Origin: Octopus sinensis
Taxonomy: Eukaryota
NCBI RefSeq assembly: GCF_006345805.1
Contig: NC_043013.1
Location: 1,178,001-1,242,000, forward strand
DNA length: 64,000 nt
Direction of reading: 5' to 3'
Shown here: piece after piece, positions 1-10,674 of the stretch
Layout of the letters: every line of letters starts with the position of its first letter
How positions within the stretch are numbered: position 1 is the first letter of the stretch
The notes under the pieces: model-generated
The model's database searches: none
Told to the model about the DNA's origin: nothing
Seen by the model: only the letters and a program-made list of their open reading frames with translations
Program-made: the position numbers and the translations under genes

Positions 1-105
1 CAGTCAACCACAAACACAGGAGTGTACAAAGCACTATAGCAGATTGTAAACAGAAACACACCCACCAACACAATGAAAGAAAATTACTGTAAAATGTAAG
101 ATTGC

Positions 106-334
106 TTAACCCTTTCATTACTGTATTTCTGTTGGGATGCTCTGTGTTTCTTTCAATTACTTTAAATATAGCAAAGAATTTAGTAAAATAACTTAGTTAT
201 TATTAAGATAGTGTTAGGAACATAAATTGTGACTAAGGTTTGGTGGAAGATTTTGATTCAAAACTTATGAAAATGAGATATTTGTACTACAAAACCAGAA
301 GTGGTCTCAGCCAGGTTGGTATCAACAGGGTTGA
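106..334. mobile_element. piggyBac-like TTAA MITE family 1
   Basis: Begins TTAACCCTTTCATTAC, ends GGTATCAACAGGGTTGA. Homologous to copies at 358, 6514, 12508 and 61875. Confidence 0.75.
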
Positions 335-357
335 GAATTGTTTCTCTATTATATATT

Positions 358-585
358 ATAACCCTTTTGTTACCATATTTCTGTTGAAATGTTCTATGTT
401 CCTTTCAATTAATTTTAAATATAACAAATAGTTTAGTAAAATAACTAGTTATCATTAAGCTAGTGTCAGGAACATAAATGGTAACTAAGGTCTGAGGGAA
501 GATTTTAATTTAAAACTTATGAAAACAAGACATTTGTACTCAGAGCAAGAGCCGGTTTCAGCCGGGTTGGTAATGAAAGGGGTAA
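358..585. mobile_element. piggyBac-like MITE family 1, second copy in tandem
   Basis: AACCCTTTTGTTACC...GGTAATGAAAGGGGTAA TIRs. Starts about 25 bp after the first copy. Confidence 0.75.
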
Positions 586-745
586 ACACATGCACTGTAT
601 GGTTCATTGTTACAGAAAGTTTCAACTTCACCAGTCCCTGTCAATCAATGAAAAACAATCTCTAAGCAACCAGACACGACAAATACAACGCCTCAGAGAA
701 CAGCATTCTATAAACACTATCTTTCCTACTCAGCAGAGGCAGGCA

Positions 746-1462
746 TAAGGAAGAGCCTACATAAGGCAATAGCTGCAACATCAATAACCTCACTGGGTTT
801 ATGCACTGCACTGGTATGCACACCATCAACGATAAGTGTAAGGGAATGGCAACTGTTGTATTCTGAGCACACACTGACCAACTTTGCTGTGGCCAGCACT
901 GGAATCTATGAGCAAACTGGACATTAGGGAGAGCAATAGGTCATCCAGTCTGTTGCATTAGGCCTTACAAGTTCTCACTGCATGTAGGGACAGGGTAGAG
1001 TTCTCAGATAGACAGGGACATACAATAACTAGGAGGATGGATTGGTAAATTCCACCTCATCATGTGACCAACTACTTACAGGTATGTTCAATCAGGGCTG
1101 AGATGGGGCTACACAATAAACTCAATCAGCAAGCTTTTAGTTTCTTGCAATTCTCATGGTTTGATATTGCCAATATCATTCTTTCACTATCTTTCTCTCT
1201 TTGTAATAACAACCATGAATTAAATAGACTTACAAGAAAGAAAGTCTACTGAAGGTACAAAGCAACAGTCTGAATGATCAGTTGCTCTCCCCCCTAATGT
1301 CCAGTTTGCTCATAGATTCCAGTGCTGGCCACAGCAAAGTTGGTCAGTGTGTGCTCAGAATACAACAGTTGCCATTCCCTTACACTTATCGTTGATGGTG
1401 TGCATAGCAGTGCAGTGAGGTTATTGATGTTGCAGCTATTGCCTTATGTAGGCTCTTCCTTA
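746..1462. repeat. Long inverted repeat (arms 746-936 and 1282-1462, about 345-bp spacer)
   Basis: 816-929 is the exact reverse complement of 1292-1405 (114 bp). 746-795 is the exact reverse complement of 1413-1462 (50 bp). Confidence 0.95.
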
Positions 1463-2389
1463 GGCTTGCTCCCAGTGAAGAAGAAAGATAATGTTTATAT
1501 TATATCTATACAAACAAAAAGACAAGGGAAGATTACCTGCTACTTTGACTTGTATTTAAAGGGAGATTACTTTAGATTACTTTTTATTTTTCAATTTCTG
1601 AATATATTTTATAAATTGTTTTGTACATAACATTGTAAATATATTTTTTCAAAATTCTTACTATTTTGATAATGATAAAACCATGTTTCATTTATATCAA
1701 AGTAAATAATAAGAAACCAAGAATAAACAATATAATAATTAGAATTAGTACGTAGATCACACGAGTTTGGCAGCCAGGAGTTGTAAACTTGGTAAAATTT
1801 CACCATTTTTCTCTTCTCTGAGTTTATTTCATTTCTCCACCACAATGATGACATGGTGCAACATTTTCTTCATCATCTAAGGCCATTTCTTTGTAAAATT
1901 GCGACTGCCTTCATCTCATCGCTGATCACATTGTAAAATTCTTTAGCCAACATCTTAAGGGTTTTTAGAAATTAAAAAGCAAACAAAAAAATGTAACCTA
2001 AAGTGATCTCCCTTTAAATTGTAGATCACACGCCAAAGTAGTAGTGAAGATTGTTTCCAGAAAAATAATGACATGGGAAGGCGGGAGCACACAACAAATC
2101 CAAATCAATACTGAATCAGGAATTGTCTGTTCTTAACAATAGGACAAAGAGTGTATTTGTGTTCTATGCTAGCAAAAAGTTCATGGATCTATGTTTTTTT
2201 TTTAAGATTTTCTTCTCAATTTACATATAAAGGATATGAATTCTAAGAATGCTTATTGAAAACTTTATGTTATCATACACGTTTTTGTTGACTATTGATG
2301 TAATCAAAAGCCAGTTTATAAAGTAGCCAATGAAGGCATGTGATGAAGTGGTTACAGTATTTGGTCCTCAATGTTAGGGTCATTGGTAC

Positions 2390-2612
2390 ATTGTGTCCTT
2401 CAGCAACACACTTTGGAATTCATGTTGTTCCAGTCCACTTGGCTGGCAAAAATGAGTTGCACCTGTATTTTGAAAGGACAACCTTGTCACATTCTGTGTC
2501 AGACTGAATCTCCCAGAGAACTACATTAAAGGTACATGTGTCTGTGGAGTGCTCAGCCACTTGCACATCAACTTCACAAGCAAGTTGTTCAACTGGAACT
2601 TATACGTCATCA
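2390..2612 (+). mobile_element. SINE fragment (family also at 60410-60600, opposite strand)
   Basis: GTACATGTGTCTGTGGAGTGCTCAGCCACTTG is present in reverse complement at about 60465-60500. Confidence 0.65.
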
Positions 2613-3620
2613 TAAATAACAGAGAGCCTTTTAATTAAAAGCAGCCAAACAATAAGACAGACACAATAAATGGCCAGCAGGATTCAACAAGCAACCTTGA
2701 AGAATACTCATAGAATTAAAAAATTACCAAGAGATACTGTGTTAAAAATTGTCAAAGGAGAAGAGGGTAGACTATTCTCTCCCTTTGGTATACATGAGCT
2801 TAATTATATAAAACTCAAAATCTCTTAATATGTTATTAATTAAATGTTTATTTAAAAACTAAGAATATCTAAGAGATTTGCCGAGGCAATCAATCATTTT
2901 GTTAGAACAAATTCTATCACATATTTGAAATATGTAGGCCTTGGCTGATGAGGAGAGGGGGATACCCCTTTGACTTTCCTGATCAAGAAGTGTATAATAT
3001 TAACAGGTATTAAGAATAAATTATAGAGAAGCTAAAACATCTTAAAAGAAGCATTCTGAACTAGTAACTATAATTTGAGGCCTAAATAATTTAATGTCCT
3101 TGAGTAGCAAAGAAATTTTAATTATGACCAATTCTAAAAACCGCTAAGGGGAAACAACACTGAAATGGAAAAGTTCTATGGACAACAAACTTGATTTGAG
3201 TAACAGGTGAGGTAACTCAAGAGTCATCATTTCAACAAATACAATAATACCAAGAGACAAGCAACAAAAACCTTTTGTTTTTTTTTTTAATATGGACAGT
3301 TAACGCATTAAACACAGAGGCAGAAGAATGGGTAAGATAAGTTGATATTTTGTACAGGGGCCATTCATAAGACAAAAAGGAATAAACCAATGGGAAAAAG
3401 AAACAGAACAAGTCACGTAGGAAATGAAGCTTTAGTTGAAATTTTTCCTTGAGTAAAATCCATTGAGAATATAGTTAAAAGGTTTGAGCAAACAGAAAAT
3501 ACTCAGATCAAATTGTGATTAGATTCTATGTGAAATATCCCAAATTTTCATTAAGATTACAAGCTTCCATCATCATCATCATGTGATTGCAAGTTCAGTA
3601 ACCCAGTGTAATGGGACTTG

Positions 3621-3838
3621 ACCCTTTAACATTCAGGTTACTTTGTCTCAAATGTTTAATTATTTACATTGGTTTGAGTTAATCATGCATTCTCTGGCAA
3701 CTTCAAGATTTCAATGATGTGATTGCTTATTTTCAAAATGACAATGTAGGAGAGGTGCAAGAGGCTGGATCTAGCTAGTTTGAACATGAAACAATACATA
3801 AGCTGGTTATAGCTAGTTTAAATGCAAACTGGTTAAAC
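3621..3838. mobile_element. piggyBac-like MITE family 2 (decayed)
   Basis: CCCTTTAACATTCAG...AAATGCAAACTGGTTAA. Homologous to 39035, 46208, 48120 and the split copy at 8541/10550. Confidence 0.6.
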
Positions 3839-4076
3839 AACTTGCTTGATGATAATATGTAGTTAAAGATGGATTTCCCAGCATCAAAGTATGGACTCAA
3901 GCATTCCTACTGCTAAACACCGAATGCTATCAGCCCCCTTGGAAGCTTATACCCAATCAGTTAAAAACTCAAGCCAAGATCTTTTCTGTTAACTTGCCAA
4001 ATAAAAAGCCTACTTTTTTGTGAAAGTCAGTTCTTTCTTTGGAGCAGTTTAATGGATGATTCGAAGTTCCAATCAG

Positions 4077-4149
4077 TTAATCTGATGAAAACGTAGAAAC
4101 TTCCAGTATTTCTCCTTGCAAACTGAGCTTCTTAATCACAAAGCAATGC
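4077..4149 (-). other. Candidate alternative terminal or poison exon of CLASP
   Basis: About 23-nt polypyrimidine tract plus CAG at 4150-4185. In frame after the 98-nt exon it reads KHCFVIKKLSLQGEILEVSTFSSD-stop. No expression evidence. Confidence 0.3.
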
Positions 4150-4530
4150 CTGTGTCGACAGTAGAGCAGAAAAAGAAGAAAAAAACTAAACACTTAAAAG
4201 AAACTTCATCCTAGGAAACTGTCTCAACAGAAAGGACATTTATCTTGAAGAAAACCCTCTTTTTATGTTAATCATCCATACACACATACATATGTATATG
4301 TAGGCATGAGCGTTTGAACAAATCGAAATACATTCATACACACACAGGGGTATATATGAATGTAAGCAAAAAGCATGCATTATAACAAAAAAAGTTAAAG
4401 TAATTTTTGCGGCCAATTTGCTGGATCTCTTAAAAATTCAAATGTGACACCAGTAAGACAAAAAAAATATGTAAGAAAGCAAAAACAAGTGATAAGAAAT
4501 TCTAAATGAATAAATGATTGGGCTACTTAC

Positions 4531-4628
4531 TTTCCAGGTGGCAACTCCTTCTTAGCCAAGTCAAACCTTACACGCTCACCAACATGACGGTAAATCTCAA
4601 CAAGAGTACTAATAGCTGCTTCCCGAAC
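4531..4628 (-). CDS. CLASP1: CLASP TOG1 exon (98 nt, phase 0/2): VREAAISTLVEIYRHVGERVRFDLAKKELPPG(K)
   Basis: Acceptor actacacAG, donor GTAAGT. Contains the hallmark LVEIYRHVGERVR. Confidence 0.97.
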
Positions 4629-4759
4629 CTGTGTAGTAAATGTAGAGACATGTAGTTGTCACTGTCACTTAGAAGCAAAGATTAACGATAAACTACAATT
4701 GTTTTCTGCAACAATTACAAATTAAGTATTCATTTATCAAAAATACATTCTCTTCCTTT

Positions 4760-5362
4760 CATCATCATCATTATTGTTTAACGTCCGTTTTCCATGCTGG
4801 CATGGGTTAGACGGTTCGACTGGGGTCTGGAAAGCCAGGAGGCTGCACCATGCCCCAATCTGATCTGGCAGTGTTTCTACAGCGGGGTGCCTCCTAACGC
4901 CAACCATTCCGAGAGTGTAGTTGGTGCTTTTAACATGCCACTAGAACAGGGGCCAGAGGAGCTGGCATCAACCATGATAAAATGATGCTTTTTACATGCC
5001 ACCAGAAGCCAGTCAAAGCAGCACTGGCATCGGCCATGTTAGGATGGTCCTTTTTATACGCTACCGACAGGGGGGGGGGGGGGTCACAACTACAATTTCC
5101 ATTTGATGTTGATGTACTAGACTCAATAAGTCTCCTCAAGCACGGCATGTTGCCCTACAACCCAAGGTACTTTTGAGTGGGCTGGTTACGTGACATGGGC
5201 TGTAGATTACAGCTGTGAGTTCACTTTATTTGCTGGGTCCTCTCAGTGACAGCATAGACCAGAGATCTCGGTCCCATCATTGCCTCTGCAAGGGCCCAAC
5301 GCTCAAAGGTCATGCTTCACCACCTCATCGCATGTCTTCCGGGATCTCCCTCAACCTTTCCT
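4760..5362 (-). mobile_element. 5'-truncated RTE-clade LINE 3' end
   Basis: (CAT)n tail on the + strand. Minus strand near 5300-5350 encodes GRSRKTCDEVVKHDL, an RTE ORF2 C-terminus. 3' UTR has degenerate ~60-bp repeats. Confidence 0.75.
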
Positions 5363-5541
5363 TTTCTTAACGTTAAGAACTTCAAGTATGCAAAGACTAT
5401 TTTGCAGTGAATCATGCAAAGGAAATGTTACACTTTAAAAACCAAGCAATGAGATTCTTTTAACTAATCTGCCACTAAGGACATCTGTCAGACTGACCAA
5501 AAAAGAAAAAGAAAAACTTAGTCTTTTAATCTTTAAATCTA

Positions 5542-6059
5542 CCGTAAATCCTCGAATATAGTTCGCCCATGAGTATAATACGCAGGGGATTTTTAGGGGG
5601 CTCTACCTCTGAAAAACCTAAACCTTGTGTATAATACGCACCCCTTCTCTAACTTGAGTCAAGGAGGTCTATATAATGTGCTTGGTTTGTAAAACTGTAT
5701 ACAGTAACGTCCTTTATTATTATTGTATATATAACATAATGCAAATGTGTAGCTTTTTTGTGCAATCTGTTTGCAGAAAATAAAGAAATAACAGTAATAA
5801 CAATAATACCGTTTAATAACTGTTGCTTATTGCAAGTTATGGATGATTCTTTTATGACTTCATTGCTTTCAGGCTTAGCTTAAGGTATTTTCATGTCCGG
5901 CATCAGAAAATATCTGAACAAACATTGCCACACAGCAAATAGAGTCTTGGACATTGCTTAGAAAATAATTTTCATTTTATCCTTGTATATAGTACGCACT
6001 AGGGATTTTGACATTTAAATTTTGGGGGGAAAATGCAGATTATACTCAAGGATTTACGG
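5542..6059. mobile_element. Tc1/mariner (pogo-like) MITE
   Basis: TA|CCGTAAATCCTCGAATATA ... TTATACTCAAGGATTTACGG|TA: terminal inverted repeats with TA duplication. Confidence 0.85.
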
Positions 6060-6109
6060 TATTTGATTAAGGCTGAAACATACAATTCAACAGAATTAAT
6101 ATGAATATT

Positions 6110-6331
6110 TATTTCTTTATTGTCTACAGGGGGCTAAACATAGAAGGGATAAACAAGGACAAATTGATGAAGATGATTACATTGACCTGAGTGCGTAACT
6201 GGTACTTATTTAATCGACCCCGAAAGGCAAAGTCAATCTCAGCAGAATTTGAAGTCAGAATGTAACAGCAGACGAAATACCGCTAAGCATTTCACCCGAT
6301 GTGCTAACAATTCTACCAGCTTGCTGCCTTA
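6110..6331 (-). mobile_element. SINE family C (tRNA-like head, GCCTTTCATCCTTTCGGGGTCGAT-type core)
   Basis: Homologous copies at about 12838-13012, 21570-21845 and 58330-58522 (-) and 49255-49470 (+). Confidence 0.7.
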
Positions 6332-6513
6332 ACAATTAGTATGAATATTGTCTAAGAACAAATTTAGATTGGTACCTATCCTGTACTAGCTATACTATAG
6401 TGAAGTAGAACAAACTGTTTGTGATATATCAACACTGGAGAAAATAGCTTCCTAAAACCATAGCCATCTCAATTTTTGTACTAAAGCATAGTTAATTGAA
6501 CAAATCAATCCCA

Positions 6514-6742
6514 TTAACCCTCTCATTACTGTATTTCTGTTGAGATGCTCTGTGTTTCTTTCCATTACTTTAAATATAACAAAGAATTTAGTAAAATAAC
6601 TTAGTTATCATCAAGCTAGTGTTAGGAACATAAATTGTGACTAAGGTTTGGTGGAAGATTTTAATTCAGAATTTTTGAAAACAAGACATTTGTACAACAG
6701 AGCCAGAGCTGGTTTCAGCTGAGTTGGTAACAAAAGGGTCAA
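6514..6742. mobile_element. piggyBac-like MITE family 1 abutting a CLASP splice donor
   Basis: TTAACCCTCTCATTAC...GGTAACAAAAGGGTCAA. Ends about 8 nt from the exon boundary at 6751. Confidence 0.8.
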
Positions 6743-6750
6743 TGACTCAC

Positions 6751-6826
6751 CTGAGCATTTTGATCTTCCAGCAATTTGATTATGGATGGTACTGCTTTAT
6801 TCAATTGTAAACTGCGAGCACCATAC
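6751..6826 (-). CDS. CLASP1: CLASP TOG1 exon (76 nt, phase 2/0): YGARSLQLNKAVPSIIKLLEDQNAQ
   Basis: Acceptor ttctcttgttgcAG, donor GTGAGT. Matches SGAQTLTLSKIVPHICNLLGDPNSQ. Confidence 0.95.
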
Positions 6827-7932
6827 CTGCAACAAGAGAAATATCTATTGTGAATACATGAAGAAAGTATAGTAAGACACACAATTGCAAAACATCATCT
6901 GACAAGGAAGACACCAACCTTCTTTACCTAATATATTATACTGAGAAAAAAATGACAGCCATTTAAATTAATAGTTTTTTTCTATCCCAAGCAAGCAATC
7001 TATTGTTCAAGTACTTCCAGTTTTGTCTTGTTAGAATTAACCTCTTATTATTTAACTTCAAGCTACAGAACCTTAATTAAGGCAACAAAAATTTTTCCTA
7101 ACAATAACTGCCTTTTCCCTTTGAAAATTTAGTAGATCAACAACAGCCAGGAATACAGAGTCCAAAACTTGGGTAAGAGAAGACAGAACGGTAAAAGAGA
7201 AGGCTGGAAAATTGCAATCCATAGGAAACAAACAAGGGCAGCTAACTTTGCAGTGACTAAAGAGAAAGGCAAATTTGTAGAGGCAGTATTCCCAAATATA
7301 GAAACATTGACAGAATACAAACATGTAGGCCACACTATAAGTGTACAATATGATAGACATGATGTATTTAAATGAAATACCATATGTCAGACAAAATTAT
7401 TCTACTGCCTTCAGTCAGTAATTAGCGATTATAGCTGATTATAATGGAATCAATTACATCTGGTGCTCATTTAACTATTACCTACTATGACAAACTAGCC
7501 ATTGACATATCTTGTAATATTAATGTCAGGCCAAGTTCTCCCTCTTTGACAATCACTGTAGGTCTATACAAGCAAGCAAAAAAGTAAACAGCACTGCACA
7601 TATGTAGAGCCATGACACTTCAAAAGTTACAACCAAACATACAAATATTGCAGTGCATATTTACAGGCTTTTGGTGTGGAATTCGAGTCATGAAACAAAC
7701 TGTTGGCTCCAGTTTCAATTTTTAAATTTCTTTAAAAGAAACTGTGTGTTCGCATGTGCACGTGCGCACACTGCCTCAAGTGCTCTGACTGGAACCAGCT
7801 TCTTGTCATTTGTACTTAACCATACTTGTTGGTTTCATGTTTAAAAAAACTTCTCAGATCACAGTTGGCTATTGACGTAACATTTGAGCTTTGAATACAA
7901 GGTAAAACAGAGAAAAAGAATGGAACACTCAC

Positions 7933-8024
7933 GTATTTATTGTATTTTGTAGGCAAACAAGGATGCCTTCTCGTACATGCCAGAGCTTGTGGGTAAAACA
8001 TGATGTGATACGTTCAAAAACATA
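7933..8024 (-). CDS. CLASP1: CLASP TOG1 exon (92 nt, phase 0/2): YVFERITSCFTHKLWHVREGILVCLQNTIN(T)
   Basis: Acceptor tttcatttcAG, donor GTGAGT. Matches YVWDRMLGGFKHKNFRTREGICLCLIATLN. Confidence 0.95.
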
Positions 8025-8540
8025 CTGAAATGAAAGATAAACAAGTAGAAATTAGTAGAAACAATTATTTTTCCTGCAACATATACACAGGTGGTGCTCC
8101 AGCATGGCTGCCGTCCAATGACTGAAACAAGCAAAAGATAATCAAATGAGCAGGTGCAATTAAAATATAGTAAATGGAATGAATTTGTTACCATCCACAT
8201 CAAATGAAGATATTTCTTGGGCAACCAGGCATAAAAAGTAAATAGAAGTTTGTGAATTGATAAAATGCATATACATTTATGATACAGGTATAAAGAACCA
8301 CTGACATTATCCCACATAGAGAGGAAGATTAAGAGGAATTTATGAGGAAGACTCCTCAACACATCTGTAAGATTCATATCACACACAGAAAACAAAAACA
8401 AATTAAGGGGAGTGGAATTTGCACTCAAAAACTTGGGAGACTCAGACACCACATTTTAAATCCATAATAGATTATAACAGTTTTGCCAGGCAATACTGGC
8501 AATCTCTTTGAAAAACGCACACATCACAGTTGCACACCAT

Positions 8541-8628
8541 TTAACCCTTAAACATTCAGATTACATTGTCAAATGTAATACTAATTTATTCACATCGTTT
8601 TAAATTAATCATGCTTTGAGATTTCAAT
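8541..8628. mobile_element. Left half of a split piggyBac-like MITE family 2
   Basis: TTAACCCTTAAACATTCAG...GAGATTTCAAT matches the first half of the 3621 and 39035 copies. Confidence 0.7.
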
Positions 8629-9109
8629 GTGTTGGAGAGTATTGTAGTTCACTTGAAGCATTGTGTATTGTTTGTAAAGAATAAAATGTTTTGAATGACA
8701 CCACAATGCACTATGATACAAACAAAGGACTATAAGAACTGTTGTAATTTAGTCATCCATGGTCTGATATGATATTTTGGAATAAAAATTCCTTCTTCAG
8801 ATATCCCTAGGAATTGATGGAGTCGCTGCTATAATCGGTTTTCCAGTGGCTTTTCTGTTTGTTTTTTCTTCCAGAAACATCACAATTGAGGCCAATGAAA
8901 GAAATTTGAGTAATTTAAGAATTAAGGAAGCTAAAAAAAATCAAAACAAATCAAAATAGATGAACATCAATGGAATTTGTATCTTTGTGGTACCAGTGCC
9001 GGTGGCACGTGGCACATAAGAAAACCATCCGAACGTGGCCGTAGCCAGTACCGCATCGACTGGCCTCCGTGCTGTGGGCACGTAACAAGCACCATCCGAT
9101 CGTGGCACC

Positions 9110-9750
9110 TGTGTCGGTGGCACATAAAAACACCATCCGAGCGTGGCCGTCTGCCAGCCTCGTCTGGCACCTGTGTCGGTGGCACATAAAAAACACCATC
9201 GGAGCGTGGCCGTCTGCCAGCCTCGTCTGGCACCTGTGTCGGTGGCACATAAAAACACCATCCGAGCGTGGCCGTCTGCCAGCCTCGTCTGGCACCTGCG
9301 TCGGTGGCACATAAAAACACCATCCGAGCGTGGCCGTCTGCCAGCCTCGTCTGGCACCTGTGTCGGTGGCACATAAAAAACACCATCGGAGCGTGGCCGT
9401 CTGCCAGCCTCGTCTGGCACCTGTGTCGGTGGCACATAAAAACACCATCCGAGCGTGGCCGTCTGCCAGCCTCGTCTGGCACCTGTGTCGGTGGCACATA
9501 AAAAACACCATCCGAGCGTGGCCGTTTGCCAGCCTCGTCTGGCACCTGTGTCGGTGGCACATAAAACCACCATCCGAGCGTGGCCGTCTGCCAGCCTCGT
9601 CTGGCACCTGTGTCGGTGGCACATAAAAACACCATCCGAGCGTGGCCGTCTGCCAGCCTCGTCTGGCACCTGTGTCGGTGGCACATAAAAAACACCATCC
9701 GAGCGTGGCCGTTTGCCAGCCTCGTCTGGCACCTGTGTCGGTGGCACATA
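9110..9750 (+). repeat. Tandem array of ten 62/63-bp units plus a partial unit
   Basis: Unit TGTGTCGGTGGCACATAAAAA(A)CACCATCCGAGCGTGGCCGTCTGCCAGCCTCGTCTGGCACC starts at 9110, 9172, 9235, 9297, 9359, 9422, 9484, 9547, 9609 and 9671. Confidence 0.97.
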
Positions 9751-9896
9751 AAATCACCCACTACACTCTCGGAGTGGTTGGCGTTAGGAAGGGCATCCAG
9801 CTGTAGAAACACTGCGTGTCGGTGGCACATAAAATCACCCACTACACTCTCGGAGTGGTTGGCGTTAGGAAGGGCATCCAGCTGTAGAAACACTGC
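9735..9896 (+). repeat. Exact 81-bp tandem duplication
   Basis: 9735-9815 is identical to 9816-9896. Confidence 0.9.
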
Positions 9897-10549
9897 CAGA
9901 TCTGACTGGACTGGTGCAGCTTTCGGGCTCCCCAGACCCCAGTTGAACCGTCCAACCCATGCTAGCATGGAAAGCGGACGTTAAATGATGATGATGATGA
10001 TGATACTCATACACAGACTAGGGCCTCAAATTAACAACAGGCTGGAGGTTGGTAATCAATATATTATTTAGCTACATTGGTCCAACCCATGCTGGCATGA
10101 AAAACAGATGTTAAACGATATTGATGATCTGGACGTGTGTAGGTTCATTTTTGATAACATGCTCATGCATTGTTTGTAACAAAAAAAAAAAAGAGGAAAA
10201 AAAGGAAGCTGCACATATAACACATAACTTAGAAGCAGAGCTACGGATGTGCCAGCACACACGAGACTGAGACATGGCTGACCTCATGCACTTCTCATGA
10301 GGAATTCTGGAAGGAGCTTCGTCAGACCACTGCTGAGATGCTTCCAGGAAAAAAAAACAAACAGAAAAGCCATTGGAAAACCAATTATAGCAGCGACTCC
10401 GTCAATTCCAAGGGATATCTGAAGAAGGAATTTTTATTCCGAAATATATCAGACCATGGGTGATTAAATTACAACAGTTCTTATAGTCCAATGTTTGTAT
10501 TATAGTGCTTTGTTGTGTCATTCAAAACATTTTATTCTTTACATTCAAT

Positions 10550-10674
10550 ATGACTGTTTATATTTAAGAATGACATTGTAGGGTAGGTGTGAGAAGCCAA
10601 ATCTAACCACTTTGACCATAAAAGAAGTAGAATATTTGTGCCAAATAAGGCTAGTTCAAATGCTAAAAGGTTAA
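10550..10674. mobile_element. Right half of the split piggyBac-like MITE family 2
   Basis: AGAATGACATTGTAGGGTAGGTGTGAGAAGCC...AAATGCTAAAAGGTTAA matches the second half of the 39035 copy. Confidence 0.7.

Larger units (their letters stand above)
8960..10004 (+). mobile_element. 5'-truncated RTE LINE 3' UTR with expanded internal array and (GAT)n tail
   Basis: Ends CATGCTAGCATGGAAAGCGGACGTTAAATGATGATGAT. Same family as 4760, 23212 and 42194. Confidence 0.8.
8673..10543. repeat. Long inverted repeat / fold-back element (arms 8673-8881 and 10337-10543)
   Basis: About 208-bp arms, roughly 90% reverse-complementary by eye (e.g. GGAATAAAAATTCCTTCTTCAGATATCCCT vs AGGGATATCTGAAGAAGGAATTTTTATTCC). 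Confidence 0.92.

Noticed and set aside
7073-7383. Three overlapping 68-95 aa ORFs between two CLASP exons
   Set aside because: No recognisable domain and no convincing splice sites. The flanking exons already join in frame.
9110-9750. Regular GC-rich array resembling a CRISPR locus
   Set aside because: Units are contiguous and near-identical with no unique spacers. No cas genes are present, the context is a eukaryotic intron, and the unit is part of the RTE 3' UTR.
8941-9984. Longest ORFs in the track (268, 268 and 333 aa) and many overlapping short ones
   Set aside because: They are translations of the tandem array in several frames on both strands, with no protein-family signature.
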